Shown here: in pieces, positions 14,574 to 26,721 of the stretch
Numbering within the stretch: position 1 is the first letter of the stretch
How the letters are laid out: every line of letters begins with the position of its first letter
Assembly (NCBI GenBank): GCA_913057155.1
Contig: CAJXNV010000001.1
Location: 1,354-65,353, forward strand
Source: an uncultured Actinomycetes bacterium
GTDB taxonomy: Bacteria; Actinomycetota; Actinomycetes; S36-B12
Direction of reading: 5' to 3'
DNA: 64,000 nucleotides
Translations under genes and position numbers: made by a program
Notes under the pieces: generated by a model
The model's input: the letters and a program-made list of their open reading frames with translations, nothing else
Databases searched by the model: none
What the model was told of the DNA's origin: nothing

Positions 14574-15380
14574 TTAGCTGCCTGCGGCTTCGGTGACGGC
14601 GGCGAGCAACGCGGCCTGATCGGCGAGGGTCGCGTTGCCGACCTCCTGCCCGTCGATCGTGCCGAACGGCGTTCCCCCGACACCGGAGTCGTAGAACTCC
14701 TGGGTGGAGTTGGCCGCCCACGGGCGGTAGGTGCCATCGTTCACGCACTGTTCGAAGGTGTCGAAGGCCTCCCCGCTGATCCCGATCTCCTCGCCGATGG
14801 CGATGAAGTCCTCGTTCGGCCAGCCATCGCCCTCGACCTCGGGAACGTTGGCGTATAGGGCGTCGTGGAATTCCCGGGTGAAGCCGGCGTCGATGGCGCA
14901 GCCCCACGCGCCGATCGCGCGGTTGGAGGCGTCGTTACCGAGGTTGCGGTCCAAGAACCCGGTCGGTCGCCACACCAACTGGACCACGCCGGTCTCGGCC
15001 AACTCGGCCATGCCGGCGCCGTTGGCCTGTTCCAAGGACGCGCACGCCGGGCATTGGAAGTCCTCCCACAACTCCAGCACCGGGACGTTCTCCCCGCCCG
15101 TGCCGTAGGGAACGCCGTAGGCCCATTCGCTGTCGCCGCCGTAGACGCCCTCGGGTACCGGGGCGCTCGGATCGGGTTCGACTACCTCGATGCCGCTGGC
15201 GCTGCCGGAGCCCTCGCTGTTGCGGGCGATCACCGCGGCTCCGATGATGCCGGCGACGACGACCACGACCGCGGCTGCGCCGATCACTCGGACCGTGCGC
15301 TCGCGGCGCTTCTCGCCGGCCTGCGCGGCTTCCCGTGCGGCGGCGGCGCGCTCGCGGCGATCCCTACTTCCCGATGCCAT
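14574..15380 (-). CDS. membrane-anchored DsbA-family thiol:disulfide oxidoreductase
   Basis: 268-aa ORF with an N-terminal TM helix (VIGAAAVVVVVAGIIGAAVIA) and the thioredoxin-fold active site FQCPAC. Confidence 0.8.
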   Translation of the reverse strand: MASGSRDRRERAAAAREAAQAGEKRRERTVRVIGAAAVVVVVAGIIGAAVIARNSEGSGSASGIEVVEPDPSAPVPEGVYGGDSEWAYGVPYGTGGENVPVLELWEDFQCPACASLEQANGAGMAELAETGVVQLVWRPTGFLDRNLGNDASNRAIGAWGCAIDAGFTREFHDALYANVPEVEGDGWPNEDFIAIGEEIGISGEAFDTFEQCVNDGTYRPWAANSTQEFYDSGVGGTPFGTIDGQEVGNATLADQAALLAAVTEAAGS

Positions 15381-15417
15381 GGACTCTCCGTTCTCGATGT
15401 CCGAGTGAAGTAACAGA

Positions 15418-16244
15418 CTAATTCGCGGTGACCGGAATGCGATCCACCGGTCGGCGCACGCCCTCGGCGAGTTCCTCCGCGAACGCCCGCACCGAAGCGC
15501 GGGCCGCAGCGAGATCGCCGGCGTCGAGGATGCGTCGTACGAAAGCCGAGCCGACGATCACGCCGTCGGCGTACCCGGCGATGCCCGCAGCCTGATCGGC
15601 GCTGGACACCCCGAGCCCGACCCCGATCGGCGCCGTGGTGCGCTCGCGAACGCGCTCGACCAAGGTCGGCGCGGCGTTGCTGACCTGGTCACGCGCCCCG
15701 GTCACCCCCATGGTCGATGCCGCGTAGACGAAGCCGGTGCAGGCCTCGGCGACGGTCTGGATGCGGGCATCGGTGGATGAGGGAGCGACCAGGAAGGTGC
15801 GGTCGATGTCGTTGCTATCGGTCGCCGCGATCCACGGCCCCGCCTCCTCGGGGGTGAGGTCCGGGGTGATCACGCCGCTTCCACCGGCTGCGGCGAGCCG
15901 ATCGACGAAGGACTGCAGGCCGAAACGTTCGATCGGGTTCCAGTAGCTCATCACGACCGCCGCTTGGCTGTCCGATAGCGAGATGCGTTCGACTATCGAG
16001 AGGACATCCTCGGTGGTGGTTCCCTCCGACAGCGCGATCTGCACGGCGTCTTGGATCGCCACTCCGTCCATCAGCGGATCGGAGTACGGCAGACCGACTT
16101 CCACGAGGTCCACGCCCCCGGCGAGCATCTCGTCGATCAGCGCGACGCTGGCATCGATCGTCGGGAACCCGGCGGGTAGGTACCCGATGAGGGCGGCCCG
16201 GGATTCGGCTCGGGCATCGGCGAACAGCGCAGCGGTGCGCGGAT

Positions 16245-16248
<4 letters not shown>
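15418..16248 (-). CDS. trpA: tryptophan synthase alpha chain
   Basis: GTG 16246-16248 (VNPRTAALF) overlaps the trpB stop. Motifs [14 protein letters not shown] and GFVYAAS are present. The 382-aa track ORF is an over-extension. Confidence 0.92.
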
Positions 16249-17494
<1,246 letters not shown>

Positions 17495-17498
<4 letters not shown>

Positions 17499-18313
17499 AT
17501 CGCACTCCGGCGTCCGTGTCGAAGCGCCGGATGGGCACCGGCGGTGACGAGATCGTGTACGGCGGCCCGCGGATCCTTCCCGGTCACCAGGGCCTCCCCG
17601 ACGAGGACGGCATCGGCACCCGCCTCGGCGTAGGCGATCAGATCGTGCGGTTCACGGATCCCCGACTCGGCGATCTTGACGCAGTTATCGGGGATGAGGT
17701 GGGCGATGCGGGCGAAGACGGTGCGGTCGACTTCGAGGGTCTTCAAATCGCGCGCGTTCACGCCGATGACGTCCGCTCCGGCATCGAGTGCGCGGGTGAT
17801 CTCGTGCGCATCGTGGACTTCGACCAGCGGTGTCATCCCCAGGCTGCGGGTGCGCTCCACCAGCGAGACCAACGCATCCTGCTCCAGTGCGGCGACGATG
17901 AGCAGGACCAGATCGGCTCCGCATGCCTTGGCTTCCCACAGTTGGTAGCTGCCCACGATGAAGTCCTTGCGAAGCACCGGGATATCCACCGCGGCGCGCA
18001 CTTGCTCGAGATCGGCGAGGCTGCCGCCGAAACGACGCTCCTCGGTCAGCACGCTGATGCAGTGCGCTCCCCCTGCTTCGTACTGCACCGCGAGTTCGGC
18101 CGGATCCTCGATCGAGGCGAGCGGACCGCGGCTCGGACTTTGCCGCTTCACTTCGGCGATCACGCAGACTTGTTCGGTCGCCAGCATGCAGCGGGCGTTA
18201 CGGGCCGGTGGCACCGAACCCGCGCGCTCCTTCAACGCTTCGAGGGGTGTCTCGTCCATCCGACGGGCGACGTCCACGCGGACGCCGGCAACGATGTCTT
18301 CCAGGACGGTCAC
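17495..18313 (-). CDS. trpC: indole-3-glycerol phosphate synthase
   Basis: 272-aa ORF with [15 protein letters not shown] and [11 protein letters not shown] motifs. It overlaps the trpB start by 4 nt. Confidence 0.93.
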
Positions 18314-18397
18314 GGGCCCACAGTACGCCGGCTAGTTCCGCTCGGCACCGCCGCCATCGTGGGATCGCGGGCGCCGGTACTGGCTGGATCGTCGCGG

Positions 18398-18889
18398 CTA
18401 TCCGGGTCCGGAGCCCAAGTAGGGCACCAGGTTGCGCACCACCCCGAAGGCCAGCACGACGATCAACGCGGTGACCATCCATCTGCTGCGCTGGGCCTGC
18501 TGCGCGGGCGTGAGGTTGGGTCGACGCCCCGTCCAAGCCCGGTAGGCCCACACAGCGAAGGCGAACAGCAGTGCGGGTATCGCGACGATGAGCAGGATGT
18601 TGTCGTCGAGCATGCCGGCGATATCGCCGTGCAGGAGGTCGTAGGTGCCGCGCATCCCACCGCATCCGGGGCAGTCGACGCCGAGGAAGGTCTGGCTCGG
18701 GCAACCCGGATAGTGCCCGGGGACATTGGGATCGACGGCTCGCAGATACACGGCGCCGACGAGCGCGCCGATCGCCGTGGCAACGACCGGAAGCATCCGG
18801 CGTCGACGCGAACGACGATCGATTACGAAGTCGCTATTCGTATCGTCGACCGCGTTCGCGGCGTTCGCTGCGTCGGCTGCTTCAGGCAC
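18398..18889 (-). CDS. DUF2752-type small membrane protein
   Basis: It carries the CPxCG motif (VDCPGCGGMRG) followed by TM helices. I start it at GTG 18887-18889, 4 nt after the kinase stop. The alternative start is ATG 18796 (MLPVV). The 256-aa track ORF overlaps the kinase and is too long. Confidence 0.65.
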   Translation of the reverse strand: MPEAADAANAANAVDDTNSDFVIDRRSRRRRMLPVVATAIGALVGAVYLRAVDPNVPGHYPGCPSQTFLGVDCPGCGGMRGTYDLLHGDIAGMLDDNILLIVAIPALLFAFAVWAYRAWTGRRPNLTPAQQAQRSRWMVTALIVVLAFGVVRNLVPYLGSGPG

Positions 18890-18893
18890 GCGT

Positions 18894-20318
18894 TTACTGT
18901 ACGACCTCCGGCACCCGCGGCACCCGAACCCAAAAGCTCGTTCCCCCCGGCGGGTTGCTGGTGACCGTCGCCGAACCACCCATCCCCGATGCCAGACGGG
19001 CGACCAAGGCCAGGCCGAGCCCGGTCCCCACCGGACGCACCCCGCGAAAGCGCTCGTGCAGGGCCCCGGGCTCGAAGGCCACCCGCCGATCGTCATCGCT
19101 GAGGCCGGGTCCCTGGTCACGGACTTCCACGACGGCGAAATGTCCACCGGCAAGCGCGGAATCCGCATGCAGCGCCAGCACGATCGCAGATCCTTCCGGC
19201 GAGACCCGAAGTGCGTTCTCGGCGAGGTTGTCGATGATCTGGCGAAGCCGCCAGGCGTCGACGCGCACCATGACCGGCTGCTCGGGCACTTCGGTCCGGA
19301 ACTCGACCTGCTCGCGCGCGCAACGGTCCTGCCACACCAGCGCCGCCTCGCCTACCACCTCGCGAGCATCGACATCGACGAGATCGAAGTGGAAGTCCAC
19401 CGCGCCCAATCGCGCGAGATCGAGCAGATCGTTGACCAGGCGATCGAGCCGTTGCGCTTCGCTGGCCACGATCGAACCGACGGAGGGGATCTCCTGAGGC
19501 GGAACCATGTCCTCGGACAACGCCTCGCCGTATCCCTTGACGGCGGTGAGCGGTGTGCGCAGTTCGTGCGAAACCGACAGTAGGAAATCGCGTTGTCGAC
19601 CCTCGGAGACCACGAGCGCGGCGTTCAACGCGTTCAACGCCTCGGCGATATCGGCCACTTCCGCGGGGCCGCGGGGCGTCAAGGTGCGCTCGCGCTGGCC
19701 TTGGGACATCTCATGGGCCACTTCGCGCGCCGCGCGCAACGGTCGCGAGAGTCGGCGGGCAGCGAAGTAGGCGATGAACACGGCGATCAGCAGACCCAAA
19801 GCCAGCGCCAGGACGATGCGGACCAAGAACACTCCGGTGGCCTGCCCGGCCACCGCTAGTGGTTGGACCAACACGACACCCTTGCCGCCGGCAACCGGTC
19901 GGGCCTCGATGAGCAGCGACTCACCGTCGGGCCCTTGCCCCGTTGTCGAGATGGATTCCCCCGCGAGCAAGATCGCCAGATCCCGCTCGGTTAGTTCCGG
20001 CGGCCGACCCAGATCCGCCGAAACGATGTAGCCGGTCACTTGCTCCTGGGTCAGTACTTGTTGAAGTGCCCGCGGCAGTAGTCGATCGCCGCGGCCGGTC
20101 GAGTCCCGCCTATCGACGAAGGTCGTGGTCACATCGGCCAAGGTTGCGAGGGATCCACGCGCTTCGGTCTCGGCCGCAGCGCGGACGAACGGCGCCGCGG
20201 CCACGCCGGCCACGAGCACCGCGATCGCCGCGATCGCGGTCGCCAACAACACCGTTTGCAGCACGATCCCCGAACGCCGGCCGCCGCGAGCATCGCCGCG
20301 TTGCGCGATCCGGTTCAT
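18894..20318 (-). CDS. sensor histidine kinase (TM - ~150-aa extracytoplasmic domain - TM - HAMP - HisKA - HATPase_c)
   Basis: The H-box is FLLSVSHELRTPLTAV, and the N and G boxes are DNLAENALRV and GTGLGLALV. ATG 20316-20318 (MNRIAQRG) overlaps the response-regulator stop as ATGA. Confidence 0.9.
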   Translation of the reverse strand: MNRIAQRGDARGGRRSGIVLQTVLLATAIAAIAVLVAGVAAAPFVRAAAETEARGSLATLADVTTTFVDRRDSTGRGDRLLPRALQQVLTQEQVTGYIVSADLGRPPELTERDLAILLAGESISTTGQGPDGESLLIEARPVAGGKGVVLVQPLAVAGQATGVFLVRIVLALALGLLIAVFIAYFAARRLSRPLRAAREVAHEMSQGQRERTLTPRGPAEVADIAEALNALNAALVVSEGRQRDFLLSVSHELRTPLTAVKGYGEALSEDMVPPQEIPSVGSIVASEAQRLDRLVNDLLDLARLGAVDFHFDLVDVDAREVVGEAALVWQDRCAREQVEFRTEVPEQPVMVRVDAWRLRQIIDNLAENALRVSPEGSAIVLALHADSALAGGHFAVVEVRDQGPGLSDDDRRVAFEPGALHERFRGVRPVGTGLGLALVARLASGMGGSATVTSNPPGGTSFWVRVPRVPEVVQ

Positions 20319-21001
20319 GATCGATCGACTTCGCAGGAGTAGCCGACTCCCCTGACGGTTCGGATCGGGCTGTCCTCGCCGAGCTTGGCGCGCAGTTGCG
20401 CGACGTGGACGTCGACGGTCCGGGTGCCGACGACCGAGGCATAGCCCCACACTTCGGACAGCAGTTGGTCCCGACTCAGCACCCGACCCGGATCGCTCAT
20501 CAACCGGGCGAGGAGGTCGAACTCGGTGGCGGTCAGCGTTACTTCCGCACCGGCCACGTATGCGCGGCGCTGGGTGGTGTCCAAGGACAGCCGGCCGGCG
20601 GTCAGTGGGGCATCATCGGCACCGGTCAAACCGGCGCGGCGCACGAGTGACTTCACCCGGGCCACGACTTCGCGCGGGCTGAACGGCTTGGTGACGTAGT
20701 CGTCGGCCCCCATCTCCAGGCCGAGGATGCGATCGACTTCATCGTCGCGCGCCGTGCAGAACACGATGGGAACCCAGTTGCCCTCCTCGCGCAGGATCCG
20801 GCAAACCTCGGTGCCGTCCATGCCCGGCAGGCCCACATCCAGCACGACCGCGGATGGGTGCTTGGTGCGCGCAGCGGTCAGCCCGCTTGGACCATCGAAC
20901 TCGGCGTGCACGCCGAAGCCCTCGCGCTGCAAATAGAGCCGAAGCAGGTCCGAGATCGGTTTCTCGTCTTCGACGACGAGGATCAGGCCACGTTCACTCA
21001 C
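20315..21001 (-). CDS. OmpR/PhoB-family response regulator
   Basis: The receiver domain reads LILVVEDE...VVLDVGLPGMDG...KPF. The winged-helix C-terminus reads TRTVDVHVAQLRAKLG...IRTVRGVGY. GTG 20999-21001 overlaps the stop of the upstream small gene as GTGA. Confidence 0.9.
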   Translation of the reverse strand: MSERGLILVVEDEKPISDLLRLYLQREGFGVHAEFDGPSGLTAARTKHPSAVVLDVGLPGMDGTEVCRILREEGNWVPIVFCTARDDEVDRILGLEMGADDYVTKPFSPREVVARVKSLVRRAGLTGADDAPLTAGRLSLDTTQRRAYVAGAEVTLTATEFDLLARLMSDPGRVLSRDQLLSEVWGYASVVGTRTVDVHVAQLRAKLGEDSPIRTVRGVGYSCEVDRS

Positions 21002-21240
21002 GGGTCCGGTGTAGCCGACGGCGAGGCGGGCGCCTTCTTGCCCAGACCGGCGGCTTGCATGACCTTCCCGACGACGGCTCCGACGACGACGAGGCCCACC
21101 CCGACCCAGAACATCGGCCAGTTCCCCAGGACCACCGCCAAGGTGCCGACGGCGAAGGCGATGGTGATGATGATGACGGCGGTCCACGCAGCGGGGGTGG
21201 AGCCGTGATCGTCGTGCTCGGGAGTGACGGGTGTCGACAT
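20998..21240 (-). CDS. HGxxPAAW-family small membrane protein
   Basis: 80-aa ORF from ATG 21238-21240 containing the literal motif HGSTPAAW followed by two TM helices. Confidence 0.7.
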   Translation of the reverse strand: MSTPVTPEHDDHGSTPAAWTAVIIITIAFAVGTLAVVLGNWPMFWVGVGLVVVGAVVGKVMQAAGLGKKAPASPSATPDP

Positions 21241-21252
21241 ATCCCTATCCAA

Positions 21253-21924
21253 TCACTTCGGCGGCCGATCCTGGTCATCAGTGCTTGTTCCGGGGCTCGT
21301 TCCGGGGCTTGCTTCCGGCTCCGCATCGAGCGTGGGATCGATACCGCGATCGAGGGCCTCCCAGGCGTCCCGCGGCGCTTTGCTGCTTCGTTCGTACGAG
21401 CGGCCGAGCCCCGGCCAGGTGGGACCACGCACACCGATCACGATGCCTCCGAGCAGGGCGATGACGCCGCCGACCATGGCCAGGACCGGCGCGAGGGTGT
21501 CGGTGGTGACCTCGCGCGCATCACCCGGGGCGAAGGAATCCAGCCCATCGATGAACAAGGCCCAGAAAGTGCCGATCACGATCACCGCGGCGGCGGCGGC
21601 GATGAGCCCGCCGGTGATGCGGCGTCCCCAACCACGCGAACCGATCACCGCGGCGATACCGGCGAGCAGCAGCACGGGCATCGCAGCCACCGCCGGGAGC
21701 ATGCCCGATCCGCTGATCTCCACTACCCGCTGCGCCGCCGTGATCGTGGAGTCGAGTTCGAGTTCGAGTTCGAGTCCGCCGGCTGCACCATCGCCGGTGC
21801 CTAGGAGGGCTTCGGTCGCGGTGAGCCACGGTCGCGACAGCGCCCACCAAGAAAGCAGTGCTCCGCCGGCGACCGCGAGCACGGCGATGAAGTACTCGCG
21901 TTTCACGCGCGATGACGCACTCAC
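21253..21924 (-). CDS. Trp biosynthesis-associated membrane protein (TIGR02234-like)
   Basis: Polytopic membrane ORF. GTG 21922-21924 overlaps the trpE stop as GTGA. Its position directly after trpE is the defining context of this family. Confidence 0.7.
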   Translation of the reverse strand: MSASSRVKREYFIAVLAVAGGALLSWWALSRPWLTATEALLGTGDGAAGGLELELELDSTITAAQRVVEISGSGMLPAVAAMPVLLLAGIAAVIGSRGWGRRITGGLIAAAAAVIVIGTFWALFIDGLDSFAPGDAREVTTDTLAPVLAMVGGVIALLGGIVIGVRGPTWPGLGRSYERSSKAPRDAWEALDRGIDPTLDAEPEASPGTSPGTSTDDQDRPPK

Positions 21925-23552
21925 GAGGTCGGGCGCCCATGCGTCGGCTCGGACGGACTTCGTCGGGACATCGCGTCCGCGGTCGCGACGGCGCGGATCA
22001 CCGCACCGGCCTTGTTCGCGCATTCGAGCGCTTCGGCGCTGGGGTCGGAATCGGCGACGATCCCCGCGCCGGCTTGCACATGGGCCACCCCGGCTTGGAT
22101 CACCGCGGTCCGGATCGCGATAGCCACATCGACATCGCCGGAGAAATCGACGTAACCGACGACTCCCCCGTACAGGCCGCGGCGGGTCGGCTCGAGTTCA
22201 TCGATGATCTCCATCGCTCGAACCTTCGGCGCACCGCTCAACGTGCCCGCCGGGAAGGTGGCGCGTAGCGCGTCGAGCGCCGATGCCCCATCGCGCAGGT
22301 GTCCCACCACCGTGGAAACGATGTGCATGACATGGGAGTAACGCTCGATCTGCATGAACTCGGTGACATCCACGGTCCCCGGGGCGCAGACACGACCGAG
22401 GTCGTTGCGGGCCAGGTCGACCAGCATCACGTGCTCGGCCCGCTCCTTGTCATCGCCGAGCAATTCATCCGCGAGCGCTTGATCGCTCACCGGATCGGCT
22501 GCTCGCGGCCGAGTTCCCGCGATCGGGTGCACCGTGCAGTGCCGATCGCGGACCGTGACCAGTGCCTCGGGTGAGGAACCGACGATCTCGAAGGCGATCT
22601 CATCGCCCACTTCCTCGTTCTCGTTCTTGTTACCACCGCTGGAGGTAGCGGGCATCCGGATCAGGTACATGTAGGGGCTGGGGTTGGCCGAGCGCAGGAC
22701 CCGGTAGACATCGAGGCCGTCGGCGGACGTGGGCAGCGAGTACCGCTGGGATAGCACGATCTGGAAGGCATCACCGGCGGCGATGTAGTCCTTCGCGACG
22801 GCGACGGAGCGCAGGTAGTCCTCGGGACTGGTGTGCGCCTGGACGCTGGGCTCATCGACGTCCGGAACCTTGGTGACCGCGGTCGCGTGCCCCGCGGATA
22901 GATCGGCCTCCATCGAATCGAGTCGCGCGCAAGCGTCCTGCCAGGCCTCATCGACCCGCTCGTCGCTGGCATCGAAGTTGATGGCGTTCGCGATCAAGGT
23001 GACCGTGCCTTTGAAGTGATCCAACACGGCCAGGTCGGTTGCCAGCAAGAACGCCATCTCCGGAAGCTCGACCACGGGCGGGTTGGCATCGGGCAGTTGC
23101 TCGAAGTTGCGAACGGCGTCGTAGGACAGGTAGCCGACGAAGCCGCTGGTCAACCGCGGCCCGCTACCGGATTCATCGCGTGGGGTGTGCAGCACGCGGG
23201 CGGATTCGGCGAGGACCTCCCAAGCCGACCCGGAAGTAGGAAGGCCCACCGGAACACGACCGAACCACTGCGCCTGGCCGGCTTCCTCGGTGAGCATGGC
23301 CGCCGCGCGCACCCCCACGAAGGAGTAGCGCGACCAGGAACGACCGGCCTCGGCCGATTCCAGCAGGAACGTGCCCGCTCGCGATCCGCACAGTTGCTCG
23401 AACAACCCGACTGCGGTGAGTCCATCGGCGAGCAGGGTGCGCATCACCGGGATCACCCGATCGGACTTCGCCGCCTTCCGGAATCCGGCGAGGTCCAAGG
23501 AGGTCTCACCGTCCACCGGGATCCCCCTCGACCTCGAAGCAACTGAGCGCAC
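21921..23552 (-). CDS. trpE: anthranilate synthase component I
   Basis: Chorismate-binding C-terminus with [14 protein letters not shown] and [10 protein letters not shown]. The start is uncertain (GTG 23552 or GTG 23516), and either choice overlaps the hisI 3' end. Confidence 0.92.
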   Translation of the reverse strand: MRSVASRSRGIPVDGETSLDLAGFRKAAKSDRVIPVMRTLLADGLTAVGLFEQLCGSRAGTFLLESAEAGRSWSRYSFVGVRAAAMLTEEAGQAQWFGRVPVGLPTSGSAWEVLAESARVLHTPRDESGSGPRLTSGFVGYLSYDAVRNFEQLPDANPPVVELPEMAFLLATDLAVLDHFKGTVTLIANAINFDASDERVDEAWQDACARLDSMEADLSAGHATAVTKVPDVDEPSVQAHTSPEDYLRSVAVAKDYIAAGDAFQIVLSQRYSLPTSADGLDVYRVLRSANPSPYMYLIRMPATSSGGNKNENEEVGDEIAFEIVGSSPEALVTVRDRHCTVHPIAGTRPRAADPVSDQALADELLGDDKERAEHVMLVDLARNDLGRVCAPGTVDVTEFMQIERYSHVMHIVSTVVGHLRDGASALDALRATFPAGTLSGAPKVRAMEIIDELEPTRRGLYGGVVGYVDFSGDVDVAIAIRTAVIQAGVAHVQAGAGIVADSDPSAEALECANKAGAVIRAVATADAMSRRSPSEPTHGRPTS

Positions 23553-23868
23553 CGGTGTGGCATGCGGGGCCGTGCTGGTCGACTACGAGCAGCACGGTGT
23601 CGCCATCGCAGTCCAGGTGCACTTCGTGCACCTGCTGGGTGTTCCCGGATGTCTCCCCCTTCACCCATTGCCGCTGGCGGCTGCGCGAGTAGAACGTGCC
23701 GCGGCGGGTTTGCAGGGTGTGACGCAGGGCGTCCTCGTCCATCCAGGCCATCATCAAGACCAGGCCGGAGCCTTGTTGCTGCACGATCGCCGGAACCAGA
23801 CCGGCATCATCGAAGCGCACCCGGGCGATGACCGAATCGATCGGTGAATCCAGCAGGTTGCTAGCCAC
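23506..23868 (-). CDS. hisI: phosphoribosyl-AMP cyclohydrolase
   Basis: Motifs [19 protein letters not shown] and [15 protein letters not shown] 23866-23868 overlaps the hisF stop by 8 nt. The 174-aa track ORF is over-extended. Confidence 0.9.
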   Translation of the reverse strand: MASNLLDSPIDSVIARVRFDDAGLVPAIVQQQGSGLVLMMAWMDEDALRHTLQTRRGTFYSRSRQRQWVKGETSGNTQQVHEVHLDCDGDTVLLVVDQHGPACHTGALSCFEVEGDPGGR

Positions 23869-24655
23869 CGGAGACCACCTCCGTGCGTCGGACCGGGTAG
23901 TCCGCTTGCGCGAGGGCCGACTTCGCATCGTCGATGGTGATGTCGCCGAAATGGAACACGCTCGCCGCGAGAACGGCGTCCGCTCCGGCCTGCACCGCGA
24001 CCGGGAAGTCCTCGGCGCGTCCGGCCCCACCGCTGGCGATGACCGGGACGTCGACCGCGGCGCGCACGAGTTCGATCAACTCGGTGTCGAAGCCCGAGGT
24101 CGTGCCGTCGGCATCCATCGAGTTCAGCAGGATCTCCCCCGCACCCCGCTGCACGCCCTCGCGGGCCCACTCGATCGCATCGATGCCGGTTCCGCGCCGG
24201 CCACCGTGCGTGGTGACCTCGAATCCGCTGGCGGTCGAGGTTCCCGCGGGGCAGCGTCGGGCATCCACGCTCAAGACGACGCACTGGGCCCCGAAACGCC
24301 GACCCGCATCGGTCAACAGATTCGGATCGGCGATGGCGGCGGTATTCAAGCTGACCTTGTCGGCTCCCGAGCGCAGCAGTCGATCGAAGTCCTCGACGCT
24401 GCGCACTCCCCCGCCCACGGTCAGCGGGATGAACACCGTCTCGGCGGTACGGCGGACGATGTCGTAGGTGGTCTGGCGATCACCCGAGGATGCGGTGATG
24501 TCCAAGAAGACGAGTTCATCGGCGCCCTGGGCGTCGTACCGCGCCGCCAACTCCACCGGATCGCCGGCATCGCGCAGGCCCTCGAAGTTGACGCCTTTGA
24601 CCACGCGACCGGCGTCGACGTCCAAACACGGGATGACCCGGATAGCGAGAGTCAT
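23861..24655 (-). CDS. hisF: imidazole glycerol phosphate synthase cyclase subunit
   Basis: Starts at [21 protein letters not shown] (ATG 24653-24655) and has (beta-alpha)8 barrel motifs. Confidence 0.93.
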   Translation of the reverse strand: MTLAIRVIPCLDVDAGRVVKGVNFEGLRDAGDPVELAARYDAQGADELVFLDITASSGDRQTTYDIVRRTAETVFIPLTVGGGVRSVEDFDRLLRSGADKVSLNTAAIADPNLLTDAGRRFGAQCVVLSVDARRCPAGTSTASGFEVTTHGGRRGTGIDAIEWAREGVQRGAGEILLNSMDADGTTSGFDTELIELVRAAVDVPVIASGGAGRAEDFPVAVQAGADAVLAASVFHFGDITIDDAKSALAQADYPVRRTEVVSGG

Positions 24656-24662
24656 GAGGACG

Positions 24663-25439
24663 TCATGGCCGCGGCGGACCCCACTCATAGGGGTCGTATC
24701 GGGCCTCGATCGCCGCGATGGCCTCGGCCAGGGTGAAAGCGCCGTCGTACAGGGCCCGTCCGATGATCGCGCCCTCGATGCCATCGGAGGTCATGTCGGC
24801 GAGCTTGTGCAAGTCCTCGAGGTGCGAGATCCCGCCGGATGCCACGACCGGCGCCTTGGTCACCTTGCAGACCTCGTGCAACAGGTGGAAGTTCGGCCCC
24901 TTCATGGTGCCGTCCTTGTGCACGTCGGTGATCACGTAACGGGCGCAACCGGCGGCGTCGAGGCGACCGAGGGTCTCCCACAGGTCACCACCCTCGGTGG
25001 TCCACCCGCGCGCGGCGAGGGTGTGGTGCTTGACGTCCAAACCGACCGCGATGCGTTCGCCGTGCTCTCCGATCACCCGCTCGGTCCACTCCGGATCCTC
25101 GAGCGCGGCGGTGCCCAGGTTCACCCGGGTGGCGCCGGTCTTCAAGGCGGCCTCGAGCGTTTCGTCGGTGCGGATGCCGCCGGATAGTTCGATGCGCACG
25201 TGATCGCGCAGGGCGTGCACCACCTCGTTGATAACCCCCGCATTGCTTCCCCGACCGAAGGCGGCATCCAGATCGACGAGGTGTATCCAGGTGGCGCCCT
25301 GGTTCACCCACGAGCGGGCCGCTTCCAGGGGTGCGCCGTAGGTGGTCTCGGTGCCGGCCTTGCCTTGGACGAGTCGGACCGCTTGGCCATCGGCCACGTC
25401 CACTGCAGGCAGGAGTTCGAGGGTCTTGGGCTTGGTCAC
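24663..25439 (-). CDS. priA: bifunctional HisA/TrpF isomerase (PriA type)
   Basis: Motifs [18 protein letters not shown] and [14 protein letters not shown] start at 25437-25439. No separate trpF is seen in the adjacent trp genes. Confidence 0.85.
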   Translation of the reverse strand: MTKPKTLELLPAVDVADGQAVRLVQGKAGTETTYGAPLEAARSWVNQGATWIHLVDLDAAFGRGSNAGVINEVVHALRDHVRIELSGGIRTDETLEAALKTGATRVNLGTAALEDPEWTERVIGEHGERIAVGLDVKHHTLAARGWTTEGGDLWETLGRLDAAGCARYVITDVHKDGTMKGPNFHLLHEVCKVTKAPVVASGGISHLEDLHKLADMTSDGIEGAIIGRALYDGAFTLAEAIAAIEARYDPYEWGPPRP

Positions 25440-25449
25440 GCCGCTAACC

Positions 25450-26088
25450 CTAGGTGAGGCTGCGGATCCAATTGCGTAGCACTGCCGCACCGGCATCACC
25501 GGACTTCTCCGGGTGGAATTGGGTCGCGCTCAACGCACCGTTCTCCACGGCGGCCACGAAACGACCTCCGTAATCGCACCAGCTGACCGACGGTGCACGG
25601 CGATACGCATCGGTGTCCACCCAATCCCACCTGCGCACCCCGTAGGAGTGCACGAAGTAGAAACGCTGATCCTCGACTCCTTCGAACAGCCGCGAACCGG
25701 CCGGGACATCGACCGTGTCCCAGCCCATGTGGGGTAGCACGGGCGCATCGAGCCTTTCCACCACACCCGGCCACATCCCCAGACCGTCGGAACGTTCGCC
25801 GTGCTCGACCCCCGCGGTGAACATCACCTGCATGCCCACGCAGATGCCCAGTACCGGGCGCCCTCCGGCGAGCCGGCCGTCGATGATCGACTCCCCGCCG
25901 ACCTCCGCGATCCCGCGCATGCACGCTGCGAACGCACCGACACCGGGAACGACCAAGCCATCGCACCCCAAGGCCTCATCGCGGTTCGCCGTCACGTGCA
26001 CGCTCGCACCGGCCCGCTCCAGCGCGCGCTGCGCCGAGCGCAGGTTCCCGCTTCCGTAATCGAGGACGACGACGCTGGGAGCGCTCAT
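25450..26088 (-). CDS. hisH: imidazole glycerol phosphate synthase glutaminase subunit
   Basis: 212-aa ORF with [13 protein letters not shown] and the catalytic-Cys region LGICVGMQ. Confidence 0.93.
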   Translation of the reverse strand: MSAPSVVVLDYGSGNLRSAQRALERAGASVHVTANRDEALGCDGLVVPGVGAFAACMRGIAEVGGESIIDGRLAGGRPVLGICVGMQVMFTAGVEHGERSDGLGMWPGVVERLDAPVLPHMGWDTVDVPAGSRLFEGVEDQRFYFVHSYGVRRWDWVDTDAYRRAPSVSWCDYGGRFVAAVENGALSATQFHPEKSGDAGAAVLRNWIRSLT

Positions 26089-26099
26089 CTTGCTGGGTC

Positions 26100-26696
26100 T
26101 TACGAGGCGGTCAGGGTTCCCTTGGTGGAGGGCACCCCCACTACCCGGGAATCCTGCGCGATCGCATCGCGCAACGAACGCGCCACCGACTTGAACTGCG
26201 CCTCGACCACGTGGTGGGCGTTGCGACCACTGAGGACCCGCACGTGCAACGTGATCTGACTGGTGGCCACGATCGATTCCCAGATGTGCCGGGTCAAGGT
26301 GGTGTCGTAGGACCCGATGAGTTCCACGAGTTCGGGCTCTTCATGGACCAGGTAGGGCCGACCGGAAAGGTCGACCGCGGATTGCACCAAGCATTCATCG
26401 AGCGGCACGAGGGCGTCCCCGTAGCGCCGCAGACCCGCACGATCACCCAAGGCCTCGTTCAAGGCTTGGCCGAGGGCCAGTGAGGTGTCCTCGACCGTGT
26501 GGTGCGCATCGACCTCGAGGTCGCCCTCGGTGCGCACCGTGAGATCCAGTCCCCCGTGCTTGGCGAGCTGCGCCAGCATGTGGTCGAAGAACGGCACCCC
26601 GGTTGCGATATCGCTGGTTCCGGTGCCGTCGAGTTCCAACTCCACGAGTACCGAACTCTCCTTGGTGTTGCGTTCCACGCGCGCGGTTCTGCTCAT
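26100..26696 (-). CDS. hisB: imidazoleglycerol-phosphate dehydratase
   Basis: Starts at [14 protein letters not shown] (ATG 26694-26696). Motifs GVPFFDHML and DAHHTVED are present. Confidence 0.92.
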   Translation of the reverse strand: MSRTARVERNTKESSVLVELELDGTGTSDIATGVPFFDHMLAQLAKHGGLDLTVRTEGDLEVDAHHTVEDTSLALGQALNEALGDRAGLRRYGDALVPLDECLVQSAVDLSGRPYLVHEEPELVELIGSYDTTLTRHIWESIVATSQITLHVRVLSGRNAHHVVEAQFKSVARSLRDAIAQDSRVVGVPSTKGTLTAS

Positions 26697-26721
26697 CGCC
26701 CCTTGCCATCCTTCGCTGGTG

